Shown: positions 40,901 to 49,481, numbered from the stretch's first letter. The stretch: DNA of 64,000 bases from an uncultured Clostridia bacterium (GCA_944328495.1 CALVHR010000008.1:2385-66384), one strand, 5' to 3'. Notes: a model not told the origin generated them from the letters alone. Program-made: numbers and translations.

Positions 40901-43468
40901 CTTGGCGAACTGTTGCCGCAGGAGGCAACCGAAGTTCTGCCCGCATTGGATGCGTTGGATGTTTCTGAAATCATACGCTCGCTCCTGTCCGCAGATATTT
41001 CGGCGGCGATCAAGGAACTGCGTCTTACGGACGAATCGATATCTCTCACGGCGGACTGCGATGCGATCCTGGCGGCTTTGCAGGGACTGTTTGGCGGAAC
41101 GGAACTGCGCGCGGGTGAACTGAAAGCAGAATATACATTGGCAGAAGGCGCTCTCGCGTTGGAGATCGGGGGGGCAAAACTGCGGTTTACATCCGGCAAC
41201 GCGAGTGTTTCGGCGCCCGTCGATGCGGCGCAATACATGCCTTTTGAATCGGTTGCGGCATTCATCGATCCCATTCGCGCACTTGCAGGATCGGACGGCA
41301 TATCGTTCTTGTTGGAAGGCAGCACTTCTGTCGAGGGCATTGCGCTGTCAGTCGAGCTGGCGGGCGAAGTGTGGTTTGCAGACGGTTTGCAGATACGGCT
41401 GGATTTTGCGGTAAATGGTGCAAATGTAGTTGTATGGTACTGTGACGGAGCAATCACTTTTTCGTATGGCGGTTATGGAATGACGGTTGCGGAGAGCGAG
41501 CTTTCCACGGTCATCAAAAAGTTCTCTTCGCTGTTTGCGTCGGGAGCGGCGGAACAAGACGTTTCGGTGCAGTCCGTATTGGCGTTGCTGGGCGCAGACG
41601 GGTTCGATCTCGTGAAATTTATTCAGAACGTGCGCGTATCGGTTACCGAAGGCGGGTCTCTCGCTATCGCGTTGGATCTTGCGAAGGTATTGGGCGATTC
41701 GTTTTCCGCGTTCGAATGTGAAATTGCGGCTCTTGAAAAGGGAGTGAGCCTTTCGGGCAAAGAATTTACTCTTTACGGCGTAACGCTGCGCGACATATAT
41801 GCCGAGGTTTCGTCGGCACAAGAAGCGATTGTTCCCGATTTTGGCGGCGTCATTATGTGTGAGAACATTTTTGAGTTCATTCTCAATGCATACACGCAAT
41901 TGGCGCAGACAGATTATCTTGCTTTATCCTTCGATTATACGGCGGCGGATCTGGCTGTCGAACTGGATGGGAAAGTGCAATTCGAGGGGAGCGAAGGGGC
42001 AGCGCAGAGAACGCTCAACCTTGATTTTACAGCGGTCATTTCGACATTTGCTTCGGATGCGCAGGGGAATGTGACGGTTTCGGGTTCACATTATCTGCAT
42101 TTGATCATACTGCGCGAAACGCTTTATATGACCTATTCCGTCAAAGCTTTGGATGCGGACACGGCGCTTCGCATCACGATGCCTGTGAAGGAGTTGTTCG
42201 CGGCAGGCGAAACGGTCTTGCCGATTTTGGCGCCGCTTTTGGGTATTCCGGAAGATGTCTATTATTTTGAGTTTGTAAATGCAATTCTCGGCAAAGGGTA
42301 CAGCACGATCAACAGCGGTATTTTCGGCGTAATGGATACGGAAAGTTGGTGCGACCTGATTCTCGGCATTGTCGATGAATATACGGTGAAGGGCGAATCG
42401 GACGATCAGGCAGCGGAGAGTTCTGCTTCCGGTATTTCGTTTGAGGTTGTCAGTTCCGAGAACGGCGATGTTTCCGTCATCTTGAGCGGGATCGCTGCCG
42501 GAGCGGGAAGTGCAAATGCCATTCTGACAGCGAAGCAAGACGAAGCGGCGATTGAAGCGCCCGCGGGATCGTTTATCGATGTTTCGACGATCGCGCAGCT
42601 GTTGCAGGATGTTCTGTACGCATACAATTATAAGGATACAGGTTATCATCTGACCGATTCCGTCAAGATCGAAGTTGCAAAAATCGAGCTTGATCTCAAA
42701 GTAGAAATCGATCTTCGAGTGGGAGTCAATGAAGACGGTTCCATCGATATTGCCCTGCGCCTGACGACGCCGCAATATTATAATATTCTTGGCGGTTTAA
42801 TGGGAAGTTCGGTCATTATCAACGGCAATACTGTAACAGATATTTCTATTTCAAACGGTTTTGTAAGCATGTCGCGCACGCAGACGACATATTACGACAA
42901 CAGCAGTTTCTGGATCTGGAAGCACGGTTTCTACGATCTGAGCACGCCGTATGTCGATTATCGTGCAATGACGCTGGACGCGTTCTTTGCGGATATTATG
43001 AATCAGATGTTCTTTGCGATCAATCTCAGCGACAAAATGCAGAATTTTATCCGTGAGCAGGCAGGAATAGAGGACCCGAACGATGAGCAGCAAACGAACG
43101 CTGCAGTGTACGATGCGGGTGAAATGGTGAAATCGTATTCTGCGGATGAAGGCGGGTATCATATCACGCTGGATTTGGGCGCTGTTGCGGGCATAGACGA
43201 ATTTGACGATGCCGTGCTGAATATTTACCGTACGCAGAACGGAGATCATTATGATTTGACTTCTTTGGACGGATCGGTCACGGTAGTCGGTATCGTTACG
43301 CTCAAACTCTCTCTGACGCACCGCGATCCGGGAACGGATGCGCAAGCGCAGGAATATTGTATGGCAAACGTGCAGACGGTCGCGTCGGCATTCGGGTATG
43401 CGGACGCGTCGGCGCTATATGCGGCAGCCGGTGCAAGCAATTCGTATCTGAGCAAAAGCAATCATTGA
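37937..43468 (+). CDS. giant (1,843 aa) putative lipoprotein built of ~390-aa tandem modules; function unknown
   Basis: Signal peptide MSGKKRFFKKKKFLICSLICLITIVLGATVFFAC-SGG. One uninterrupted ORF with internal repeats (see findings). Own promoter and terminator. Confidence 0.85.
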   Translation: MSGKKRFFKKKKFLICSLICLITIVLGATVFFACSGGSGEKITVSKVSQSICMTPPEDGSSPEDYGNLDNIAYIVGRLTQRSFYHTDSESHVTTAGMEQFVEGGKDYKDGVTLATSLCWSKGTLSSFAPDPVAMQKFFGEDKAVIRTAVSSDPDDWNGMQTEWKTGDPDQILGTDEYVNYYGMWGTEFSDYVINEKTCLSFTDLQKSGDTYSFTIELEPNESTKYYKIQMKTMGGLDDYPDFSSVLMTVEFTSDWTITKLSVEEKYNTKKVISVSCEGTTVIEFNYAEESVDVSAYENYFVKYANAASTGIAEKEPTAIDYLTQGVLPAISGGTPLAVRADIGGNVVSGRIALELGDLSGLLSGSGDLSGIADDLLSGLVLRAELGSLQVLLQQGTMYAQYKDFLGKIAVSDVLGLVGDVTFSLDMSALQTAIADSTILKSGSETLLLCALPLGGQEISLEFGFKQTDGLISFEYITADLNIAGTDAAIRVAPSKSNEGFAQIDTSAAVDLKPYIDGVLGILAGGSFDVQIAYGEETSPVRAEGNIAVSVQPFAASGELALTLQPSLFGSDGEALILPVSFAITGEDVYLRAGNIAVVTSVSDLKEGLSSVLGLFGAAMPSLDFGGTDVAAILAGVIGMDFDALIRSLTLTEQSLGLIVDGDILVDALAPLIGETDFELGEIVAEYDAASGVFALEAMGASVLLSGRTEAVPMPDADEYVAFDLAQAASEAIAAVQSIQNGETGFAFTLNVAGETLEADAVLEMREGKFVRLQAQLGDLSAMFQDGAVYVSYKGMLGKLAASDVAGMFSSDNGISLDIAALAGSLLASRLEKDGDQYTLRAALAFGEAEIPVEFVFAQTKTRTSLEYVRVRAELFGMEADAKLSFDQTVTLPAFDTNGAVDLMPYIESIRGLIEGGRYKLDLNYTAEQFAVKGTVVLDAADGLKAEGNITLTLGAYSLPIQFVLVGENIYLKVFDIKIGGTLSEVGSMLGELLPQEATEVLPALDALDVSEIIRSLLSADISAAIKELRLTDESISLTADCDAILAALQGLFGGTELRAGELKAEYTLAEGALALEIGGAKLRFTSGNASVSAPVDAAQYMPFESVAAFIDPIRALAGSDGISFLLEGSTSVEGIALSVELAGEVWFADGLQIRLDFAVNGANVVVWYCDGAITFSYGGYGMTVAESELSTVIKKFSSLFASGAAEQDVSVQSVLALLGADGFDLVKFIQNVRVSVTEGGSLAIALDLAKVLGDSFSAFECEIAALEKGVSLSGKEFTLYGVTLRDIYAEVSSAQEAIVPDFGGVIMCENIFEFILNAYTQLAQTDYLALSFDYTAADLAVELDGKVQFEGSEGAAQRTLNLDFTAVISTFASDAQGNVTVSGSHYLHLIILRETLYMTYSVKALDADTALRITMPVKELFAAGETVLPILAPLLGIPEDVYYFEFVNAILGKGYSTINSGIFGVMDTESWCDLILGIVDEYTVKGESDDQAAESSASGISFEVVSSENGDVSVILSGIAAGAGSANAILTAKQDEAAIEAPAGSFIDVSTIAQLLQDVLYAYNYKDTGYHLTDSVKIEVAKIELDLKVEIDLRVGVNEDGSIDIALRLTTPQYYNILGGLMGSSVIINGNTVTDISISNGFVSMSRTQTTYYDNSSFWIWKHGFYDLSTPYVDYRAMTLDAFFADIMNQMFFAINLSDKMQNFIREQAGIEDPNDEQQTNAAVYDAGEMVKSYSADEGGYHITLDLGAVAGIDEFDDAVLNIYRTQNGDHYDLTSLDGSVTVVGIVTLKLSLTHRDPGTDAQAQEYCMANVQTVASAFGYADASALYAAAGASNSYLSKSNH

Positions 43469-43474
43469 TCGAAG

Positions 43475-43503
43475 CGGGCATCGGAAATATCCGATGCCCG
43501 TTC
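43475..43503 (+). terminator. hairpin after giant gene
   Basis: CGGGCATCGGA / TCCGATGCCCG stem. Only a weak T tract follows. Confidence 0.5.
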
Positions 43504-43547
43504 AACCGAGGTAAAACAAAGCGTGCAAAAAAATTTGTCGGAAACGC

Positions 43548-43868
43548 TTTACAAACAATCTGTTTTGTGTTAAAATGAAATTCAATCAAGTGATTAAAAC
43601 GCAAGGATGCGGAACAGTAATCCGAATTGCAGGTTCAGAGAACCGCCGGTAGGTGCAAGGCGGCCGAAGCGATCGGGTGAACTCGCCGCGGAGCGGTCCG
43701 TTCGAAAGGGAACGAGTAGAGGCGGAACGGGGGCTCGCCGTTAAAAGGGCGGAATATGCGCCGCAAGGCAAGTATTTACAGAGAGCGCGCGATCAAGCGC
43801 GAAAAAGAGTGGTACCGCGGAACCCGTTTTCGTCTCTTTACGAGTCGGAAACGGGTATTTTTTATTTT
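43548..43868 (+). promoter_or_regulatory. T-box leader (Leu specifier CUC) with its promoter, controlling leuA
   Basis: TTTACA-17-TAAAAT promoter with extended TG. AGAGA motif at 43637. Specifier context GAA-CUC-G with CUC at 43682-43684. T-box sequence AGAGTGGTACCGCGG (43806-43820). Terminator ACCCGTTT/AAACGGGT followed by a T-run (43822-43867). Confidence 0.85.
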
Positions 43869-43881
43869 GGGAGGCAGAGCA

Positions 43882-45543
43882 ATGAAAAATTATCAGAAAT
43901 ACAAAAAGCAGTATTTTATGCCGCCGGTGCGGTGCATGGACTGGGCGGAAAAAGATGCCGTCGAACGCGCGCCGATATGGTGCAGTGTCGATCTTCGCGA
44001 CGGCAACCAGGCGCTTATCGAACCGATGACTCTGGAACAAAAAGTAGAATTTTTCAAACTCCTGCTGAAAATCGGATTCAAGGAGATCGAAGTCGGATTT
44101 CCCGCGGCGAGCGATACGGAATATACGTTTCTCCGTACGCTCATTGAAAACGATCTTATTCCGGATGACGTGACGATCCAAGTTCTGACACAGGCGCGCG
44201 AGCATATTATTCGCAAGACATTTGAAGCGATCAAAGGCGCAAAGAATGTCATTGTGCACGTTTACAATTCCACTTCGGTCGCTCAGCGTGAGCAAGTATT
44301 CAAAAAAGACAAAGCCGAGATCAAAAAGATCGCAGTAGACGGCGCAAAGCTTTTGAAGCAGCTTACGGAAGAAGCGGGCGAGAAATATCGTTTCGAGTAT
44401 AGCCCCGAATCGTTTACGGGGACAGAGCCGGAATACGCGCTGGAAGTCTGCAACGCAGTTTTGGAAGTGTGGAAACCGACGGCGGATCGCAAGGCGATCA
44501 TTAATTTGCCTGCAACGGTAGAAAATGCAATGCCGCATGTGTTTGCCCAACAGATCGAATATCTTTCCAAAAATCTTGTATACCGCGACAATGTAGTGGT
44601 CAGTTTGCATCCGCACAACGACCGCGGCTGTGCGGTGGCGGCGACGGAGATGGGGCTTTTGGCAGGAGCTGACCGCGTAGAGGGCACGCTGTTCGGGAAC
44701 GGAGAGCGTACGGGCAATGCGGATATAGTGTCCGTCGCCATGAATATGTATTCGCAAGGGGTCGATCCGCAGCTGGATTTTTCGTTCATGCCCGAGATTT
44801 GCGAAAAATATACAGAATACACGCAGATGCGTGTATCGCCGCGTCAGCCGTATGCCGGATCGCTGGTGTTTGCGGCGTTTTCAGGCAGTCATCAGGACGC
44901 GATCGCCAAGGGAATGCAGTGGCGGCGCGACGGAAAATCTTCGTACTGGGATGTACCCTATCTGCCGATCGATCCGCAGGATGTCGGCAGGGAATACCAG
45001 ACGGACGTCATCCGTATTAACAGTCAATCGGGCAAGGGCGGCGTCGGATTTATATTGCAGGAAAATTATGGCATCGATCTTCCTCCCAAATTCAAAGAAG
45101 CAATGGGGTATGCCGCGAAGGGTGTCTCCGATCGTACGCATAAAGAGCTCAAACCCGCCGAAGTTTTCCGCGTTTTCCTGGATACGTTTGTAGAAAACCG
45201 TCCCGTTTTTGCGGTGCCCGAATGTCACTTCAAACAGATCAAAGACGGGATCGAAGCGACGGTCACGGTGGAAAAAGACGGTGAGCGCAGGGAAGTCAAG
45301 GCAGAAGGCAACGGCCGTCTCGATGCGGTGACCAATGCTCTGAAAGAGTTTTTTGAAATTGCTTTTACGCTGACGACGTATGAACAGCGCGCGCTGAGCG
45401 AAAAATCCGATTCGCAGGCACTCTCTTTTGTCGGACTGGAAAAGGACGGAAAATCCTATTGGGGTGCAGGTGTGGATGAGGACATCATACAGTCTTCGAT
45501 CAACGCGCTCGTGTCTGCGCTGAACAACTATCTTTGCAAATAA
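43882..45543 (+). CDS. leuA: 2-isopropylmalate synthase (long LeuA type)
   Basis: GGGAGG RBS. DLRDGNQA and HPHNDRG motifs, plus a C-terminal LeuA dimerisation/regulatory domain. Confidence 0.9.
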   Translation: MKNYQKYKKQYFMPPVRCMDWAEKDAVERAPIWCSVDLRDGNQALIEPMTLEQKVEFFKLLLKIGFKEIEVGFPAASDTEYTFLRTLIENDLIPDDVTIQVLTQAREHIIRKTFEAIKGAKNVIVHVYNSTSVAQREQVFKKDKAEIKKIAVDGAKLLKQLTEEAGEKYRFEYSPESFTGTEPEYALEVCNAVLEVWKPTADRKAIINLPATVENAMPHVFAQQIEYLSKNLVYRDNVVVSLHPHNDRGCAVAATEMGLLAGADRVEGTLFGNGERTGNADIVSVAMNMYSQGVDPQLDFSFMPEICEKYTEYTQMRVSPRQPYAGSLVFAAFSGSHQDAIAKGMQWRRDGKSSYWDVPYLPIDPQDVGREYQTDVIRINSQSGKGGVGFILQENYGIDLPPKFKEAMGYAAKGVSDRTHKELKPAEVFRVFLDTFVENRPVFAVPECHFKQIKDGIEATVTVEKDGERREVKAEGNGRLDAVTNALKEFFEIAFTLTTYEQRALSEKSDSQALSFVGLEKDGKSYWGAGVDEDIIQSSINALVSALNNYLCK

Positions 45544-45615
45544 ATTTTTTACGGGTGAGACATGGGCAAAGAAGCACGTTTTCAAAAACTTGAATTCGAT
45601 GCAAAGAAGGAATAA

Positions 45616-45663
45616 AAGCAAACGCGCCTTTGAAAGTTAAAACTTTCAAAGGCGCGTTTGCTT
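45616..45663. terminator. long perfect hairpin after leuA
   Basis: 23-bp arms AAGCAAACGCGCCTTTGAAAGTT / AACTTTCAAAGGCGCGTTTGCTT. No clean T-run follows. Confidence 0.5.
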
Positions 45664-45823
45664 ATGCCCGAAATAGAAAAGGACAAGGGTCAGAGCAGGC
45701 AGCTCTTATGAAAAGGCCGCGTTTCGTTTGGAAATTGCAGGAGGGAAACGAGCCGAATGCAATATTCGCGATCTGATTATCCGAGATCGGCCGCTTTTGA
45801 AAGAGGAAAATTTGCCGATTATG

Positions 45824-46077
45824 TTGTAAGGAAGGAGAAAATGTGTTATAATACTCAAAACTTCAACAAAAGATAAGTTTGTATTCTGCAAAATACAAGA
45901 TTGTATCATGATCTTCGGCGGCGGAGGGGCAGACGGATTCAGTTTTACGATCGACGATTTTATGTTGGAAGAGATCGCGTAAAAAGTAAGGCGGACTGTT
46001 TTCAAAATATTGCCGCCGATACCCTCAAAGCGAGATAACAGGAGAGGCACAGCAAATTGCTGTGCCTCAATTTTTTA
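45824..46077 (+). ncRNA. orphan promoter-to-terminator unit (~215 nt), candidate sRNA or leader
   Basis: TTGTAA (45824-45829), 17-nt spacer, TGtTATAAT (45844-45852). Strong terminator GAGGCACAGCA/TGCTGTGCCTC plus T6 (46044-46077). The only ORFs inside are 11 and 24 codons. Confidence 0.35.
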
Positions 46078-46082
46078 TATCA

Positions 46083-48300
46083 ATGCGGTATTTTCTTGAC
46101 GAAAATAAAATAATTCGCTACAATTACGATCGTTGCCGAGATGATAAGCAGAACAGTATTACGGAATTGTATTTTGCATCGCCGCAGGCGACGGACATCA
46201 AGGATATTACCGTATGCGAGATCGATATGGGGCCGGACGGCAGTCTGAATTTCAAAAAGAATAATTCGAACGGCAGCTGGGACAACTTTGCGACGACCAA
46301 TGACATAATGGCGCAGCTCGGTACGCAGAAGAACGGCGTAGTCGGCGAATTTGTTCCCGAGGGGCAGCAGCGTGCGACCGAATATACGATGGAGCTGTTT
46401 ATCCCTTGGGGGTATGTGGACAAGATCGCCGGGGAAGGTACGGCAGACGTGATCAAAAACGGCGGAGAGATCTATTTGAACGCTACGCCGATCACATCGT
46501 ACAACTATCTCGGAACGGATGGCGACGTCGACCGTTGGTGGTGGATGATCGGTTCGCAACTGGACGACGGTTCTTGGGGCAACACGCGCGGCTGGTATCA
46601 TTTCAATAAAGACGGTTTGGTTGCATACGATATCGAAATCGAAATGACGGGCGACGGGGTTGTGATGGAGCGGATGAATTATGATTTTGCGGTAGCGAAC
46701 AATTCGGTCACGTTCCTGACGCATCCCGCAGACGGGTGTGCTCTTACCGAAATCACGGTCAACGGCAAGTCCTATTCCGATTCTGTGGCGTTCGTAGGCG
46801 ACGGGTATTTTGTCGTGCCGGCGAGCGAAGTGACGCAAGATCTGAAAGTGGTTGCCGTATTTGAAACGTACGATCCGTCGCCGCAGGATTTTGAGGCGAC
46901 CGTTACGGCGTTGTATTACGGCACGTCGCTGAACCTGGATGGGGCGCAGTTGCTTTTGGACGGCACGAATGATTACACGCTGGATATTTCGGGCGGAAAA
47001 GTCGTCGGCGAGATCCCTTACGGCACGTATACCGTTTCGCTGGTCGGAGATGATTTTACCAATTATGACAGCATTCAGTATATTTTCCGCAGTGAGCAGG
47101 CGGCCGATTTCCAATTCAGCTATAATATGTTTACTGCCAACATGATTTACGGGAAAGGCGGCGAAGTTGACAATTCCCACTCGAACGACGCGCAGAATGC
47201 GTATGTAAGCAACATATCGGCGGGGCAGATGTGGGCAGTCATGACGGACGAAACGACGGACGGCGCCTTCACCGTGAACGTACAGAACTCGGATTCGCTC
47301 AACAACGGCAACATATATATTGCATATATTTTGGATCAGACCAAAATCGTGGTATTCCAGGTGCGCCTGGAGGAAGGTGAATTCTTTGTGCAGTGGCGCA
47401 TCTGGCTGAGCGATTTCGGAATCAATGACAGCAATATTCTCAGCCCGAACGATTGGACGAGCGCATCGCTCCCCGCGTTTACGGACGCGTATAAAGGCGA
47501 CGGTGTGGACGTCACGCTGGTGCGCGAAGGCTCGGCGTTCTATGTGTTTGCATCCGAACACGGCAAGCCCGACACAGCGAAACTCGCATTGCAATATACC
47601 GTATCCGCAGGCTATGCGGAAACTTTGGGCAACTGGGCTTTCGGCGGTTCCGATATAACGGCGAACGCGAAGTTTGAATTTGAGGCAGGCATACACGGCA
47701 TTCACCGCAAATCTGATTTTCGGCAATGACAGCGGACCGATCGATATCAGCAAAGCAAACGATACGAGCGGCTCGGTCAAGAATCTGGAAGAAGGCAGGA
47801 TGTGGGCGGTCAAAAATGATACGAACGGCAGTTCTGTCTTTACGGTAACGGTGCAGAAATCCGACATCAATGAAAACCTGTTGCTTGCGTTTATCATTGA
47901 CGGGAAAGTTGTTGTACTGCAGGTCAAGACGAGCAATAGCGGAAATTTCTATGCAGAGTGGCGCGACTGGATGGCAGATTTAGGCGTAGACTATATAATC
48001 AGCCCCACGGGCTGGCCGGCAGGGACGGAGAGCGCCGCATTGAATGATGCGTTCAATGGCAGCGGCGTAGATGTTACCGTTGTTCGCGACGGATCGGATT
48101 TTTACGTGTTTGCAAGTGAAAAAGGGAAGCCCGAAACGGCAATTTTGTGTCTTGAATGTTCGATCAGCGGCGATTATGCAGCGACGGAAGGTCATTGGGT
48201 GATCGGAAGCCACAATGCATCTGCGGGAGCGGAGTTCGAATATTCGCTGACCGATGATGCGGATACGATCGCGTCCTGGGCCACGAAAGCAAACGCATAA
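46083..48300 (+). pseudogene. 5'-truncated and frameshifted surface-protein gene (CBM9/DOMON-like fragment plus duplicated ~200-aa C-terminal module)
   Basis: No signal peptide or RBS, and the ATG sits 5 nt after a terminator T-run. The frame switches 0 to +1 near 47682-47692, where module 2 continues in ORF 47674-48300. Confidence 0.6.
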
Positions 48301-48487
48301 AACAAGTGAACTGTGAAAAGGGTTCGCAGAGAAAGGAAAGCGGGGTGGCATACGCCGCCCCGCTTTTAAAAATATGGAAAAAAAGACAAGGATATTCGGG
48401 GGATAAATAAATTTATTCTTGTAAGAATTGACTTTTAAAGCGGAGGTTGGTACAATGGTATAGAAAAAGAAATTACGCTTTTTAACA

Positions 48488-49450
48488 GTGCTTGCGGCAC
48501 TCTTGTTTGTTATTTGTGCCCTGAGCGCGTGCGGAGGGGAAGAAGAACCTGATCATGTGCACTCTCTTGTGCATGTAGCCGCGAAGGAAGCGCTCTGTGA
48601 ACGGGAAGGGAATATCGAATATTGGACTTGCGAGGCGTGCGGCAAATATTTTTCGGATGCGGAAGGCGTGACCGAGATCGGTTTGGAAGATACGGTGTTG
48701 CCGTATCGGCATAAATTGGAGTATGTCGAGGCAAAAGCGGCAGAGGACATGTTCTCCTGTGATGCGATCGCGCATTATGAGTGTTCCGTCTGCGGCAAGT
48801 TGTTTGCGGACGAAGCCGGGCAGCAGCCGATGGAAGAAGATGACGTTTATTCATTAAAGTCATTTACGCTTACGGAAGCAACAGTTGCGGCAGAAAATTC
48901 CACGTCTCGAATTTATGCGAGCGTCGACGAAGAAAATTACGATCTTGCGGTGACGGAGTCTACATATGTTTTGCGTGTATTTGTCGGCTGGAGCGGCGAC
49001 GTGCAGAGCGTTGTGGAAAACAGCAACAGCGACGTGTTTCGCTTGAATATCAACATCGATACGCAAGCGAATATCGAGGCAGGGAAAGGGGGATCGTTTC
49101 GCGTGGGGTATGATAAACTCGGCCTGTATGCCCATTTCAGCGACAGTACGCAGCTTATATACATGTCGTCGGTGACAGGCGGCGAGAAAATTACGCAGGC
49201 GTTTGAAAAGAACAACGGCGTATATGTCGTGCTTGTGCGCAACGGGCGCTGGATGACGGCATATATGGAAGACGAGGCGGGAACGCTTTATCAGATTTCA
49301 CTGACCACATTTTTTACGAAAAGCGTCATGGTCAAGGCGACGCTGGGAGTCAACAGCGGATATTATGTTACGGAAGATTGTGCGGCGGTTGCGCGCAACG
49401 GGAAACTTGTGATCGGAACGACCGATCCTGCGGTTGCAAGAGCAGCATGA
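48488..49450 (+). CDS. lipoprotein with two CxxC repeats; N-terminal signal peptide interrupted by an in-frame TAG
   Basis: Lipobox LSAC-GG. GGAGG (48442-48446) lies 8 nt before the ATG at 48455, then GTA, then TAG (48461-48463), then KKKLRFLT in frame with the GTG at 48488. Confidence 0.6.
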   Translation: MLAALLFVICALSACGGEEEPDHVHSLVHVAAKEALCEREGNIEYWTCEACGKYFSDAEGVTEIGLEDTVLPYRHKLEYVEAKAAEDMFSCDAIAHYECSVCGKLFADEAGQQPMEEDDVYSLKSFTLTEATVAAENSTSRIYASVDEENYDLAVTESTYVLRVFVGWSGDVQSVVENSNSDVFRLNINIDTQANIEAGKGGSFRVGYDKLGLYAHFSDSTQLIYMSSVTGGEKITQAFEKNNGVYVVLVRNGRWMTAYMEDEAGTLYQISLTTFFTKSVMVKATLGVNSGYYVTEDCAAVARNGKLVIGTTDPAVARAA

Positions 49451-49481
49451 TAAGAGAATACAAAAAACAGAGGAAACCGAA

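Noticed and set aside
45616-45663. 23-bp perfect inverted repeat as a MITE or transposon end
   Set aside because: It is a single hairpin directly after the leuA stop, with no second copy in the window and no target-site duplication. It fits a terminator or stabilising hairpin better.
45706-46050. 114-aa minus-strand ORF in the leuA-downstream gap
   Set aside because: It has no RBS and low-complexity composition (PPPP, SS runs). It overlaps the plus-strand promoter/terminator unit and is most likely non-coding.
46080-47936. 618-aa minus-strand ORF
   Set aside because: It lies antisense to a plus-strand gene that has recognisable domain repeats. It is Arg/His/Ile-rich with shadow-ORF composition and has no RBS or motif.

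The same reasoning rejects the other long antisense ORFs: 4542-5810, 10007-11170, 29332-30345, 37988-39115, 39800-41233, 43741-44757 and 50497-51930.
48461-48463. TAG recoding (pyrrolysine or reassigned stop) as explanation for the in-frame TAG
   Set aside because: TAG is used as an ordinary terminator elsewhere in the window (for example at 6724-6726 and 8311-8313). No pyl genes or suppressor tRNA are visible here. A nonsense mutation or sequencing error is more parsimonious.
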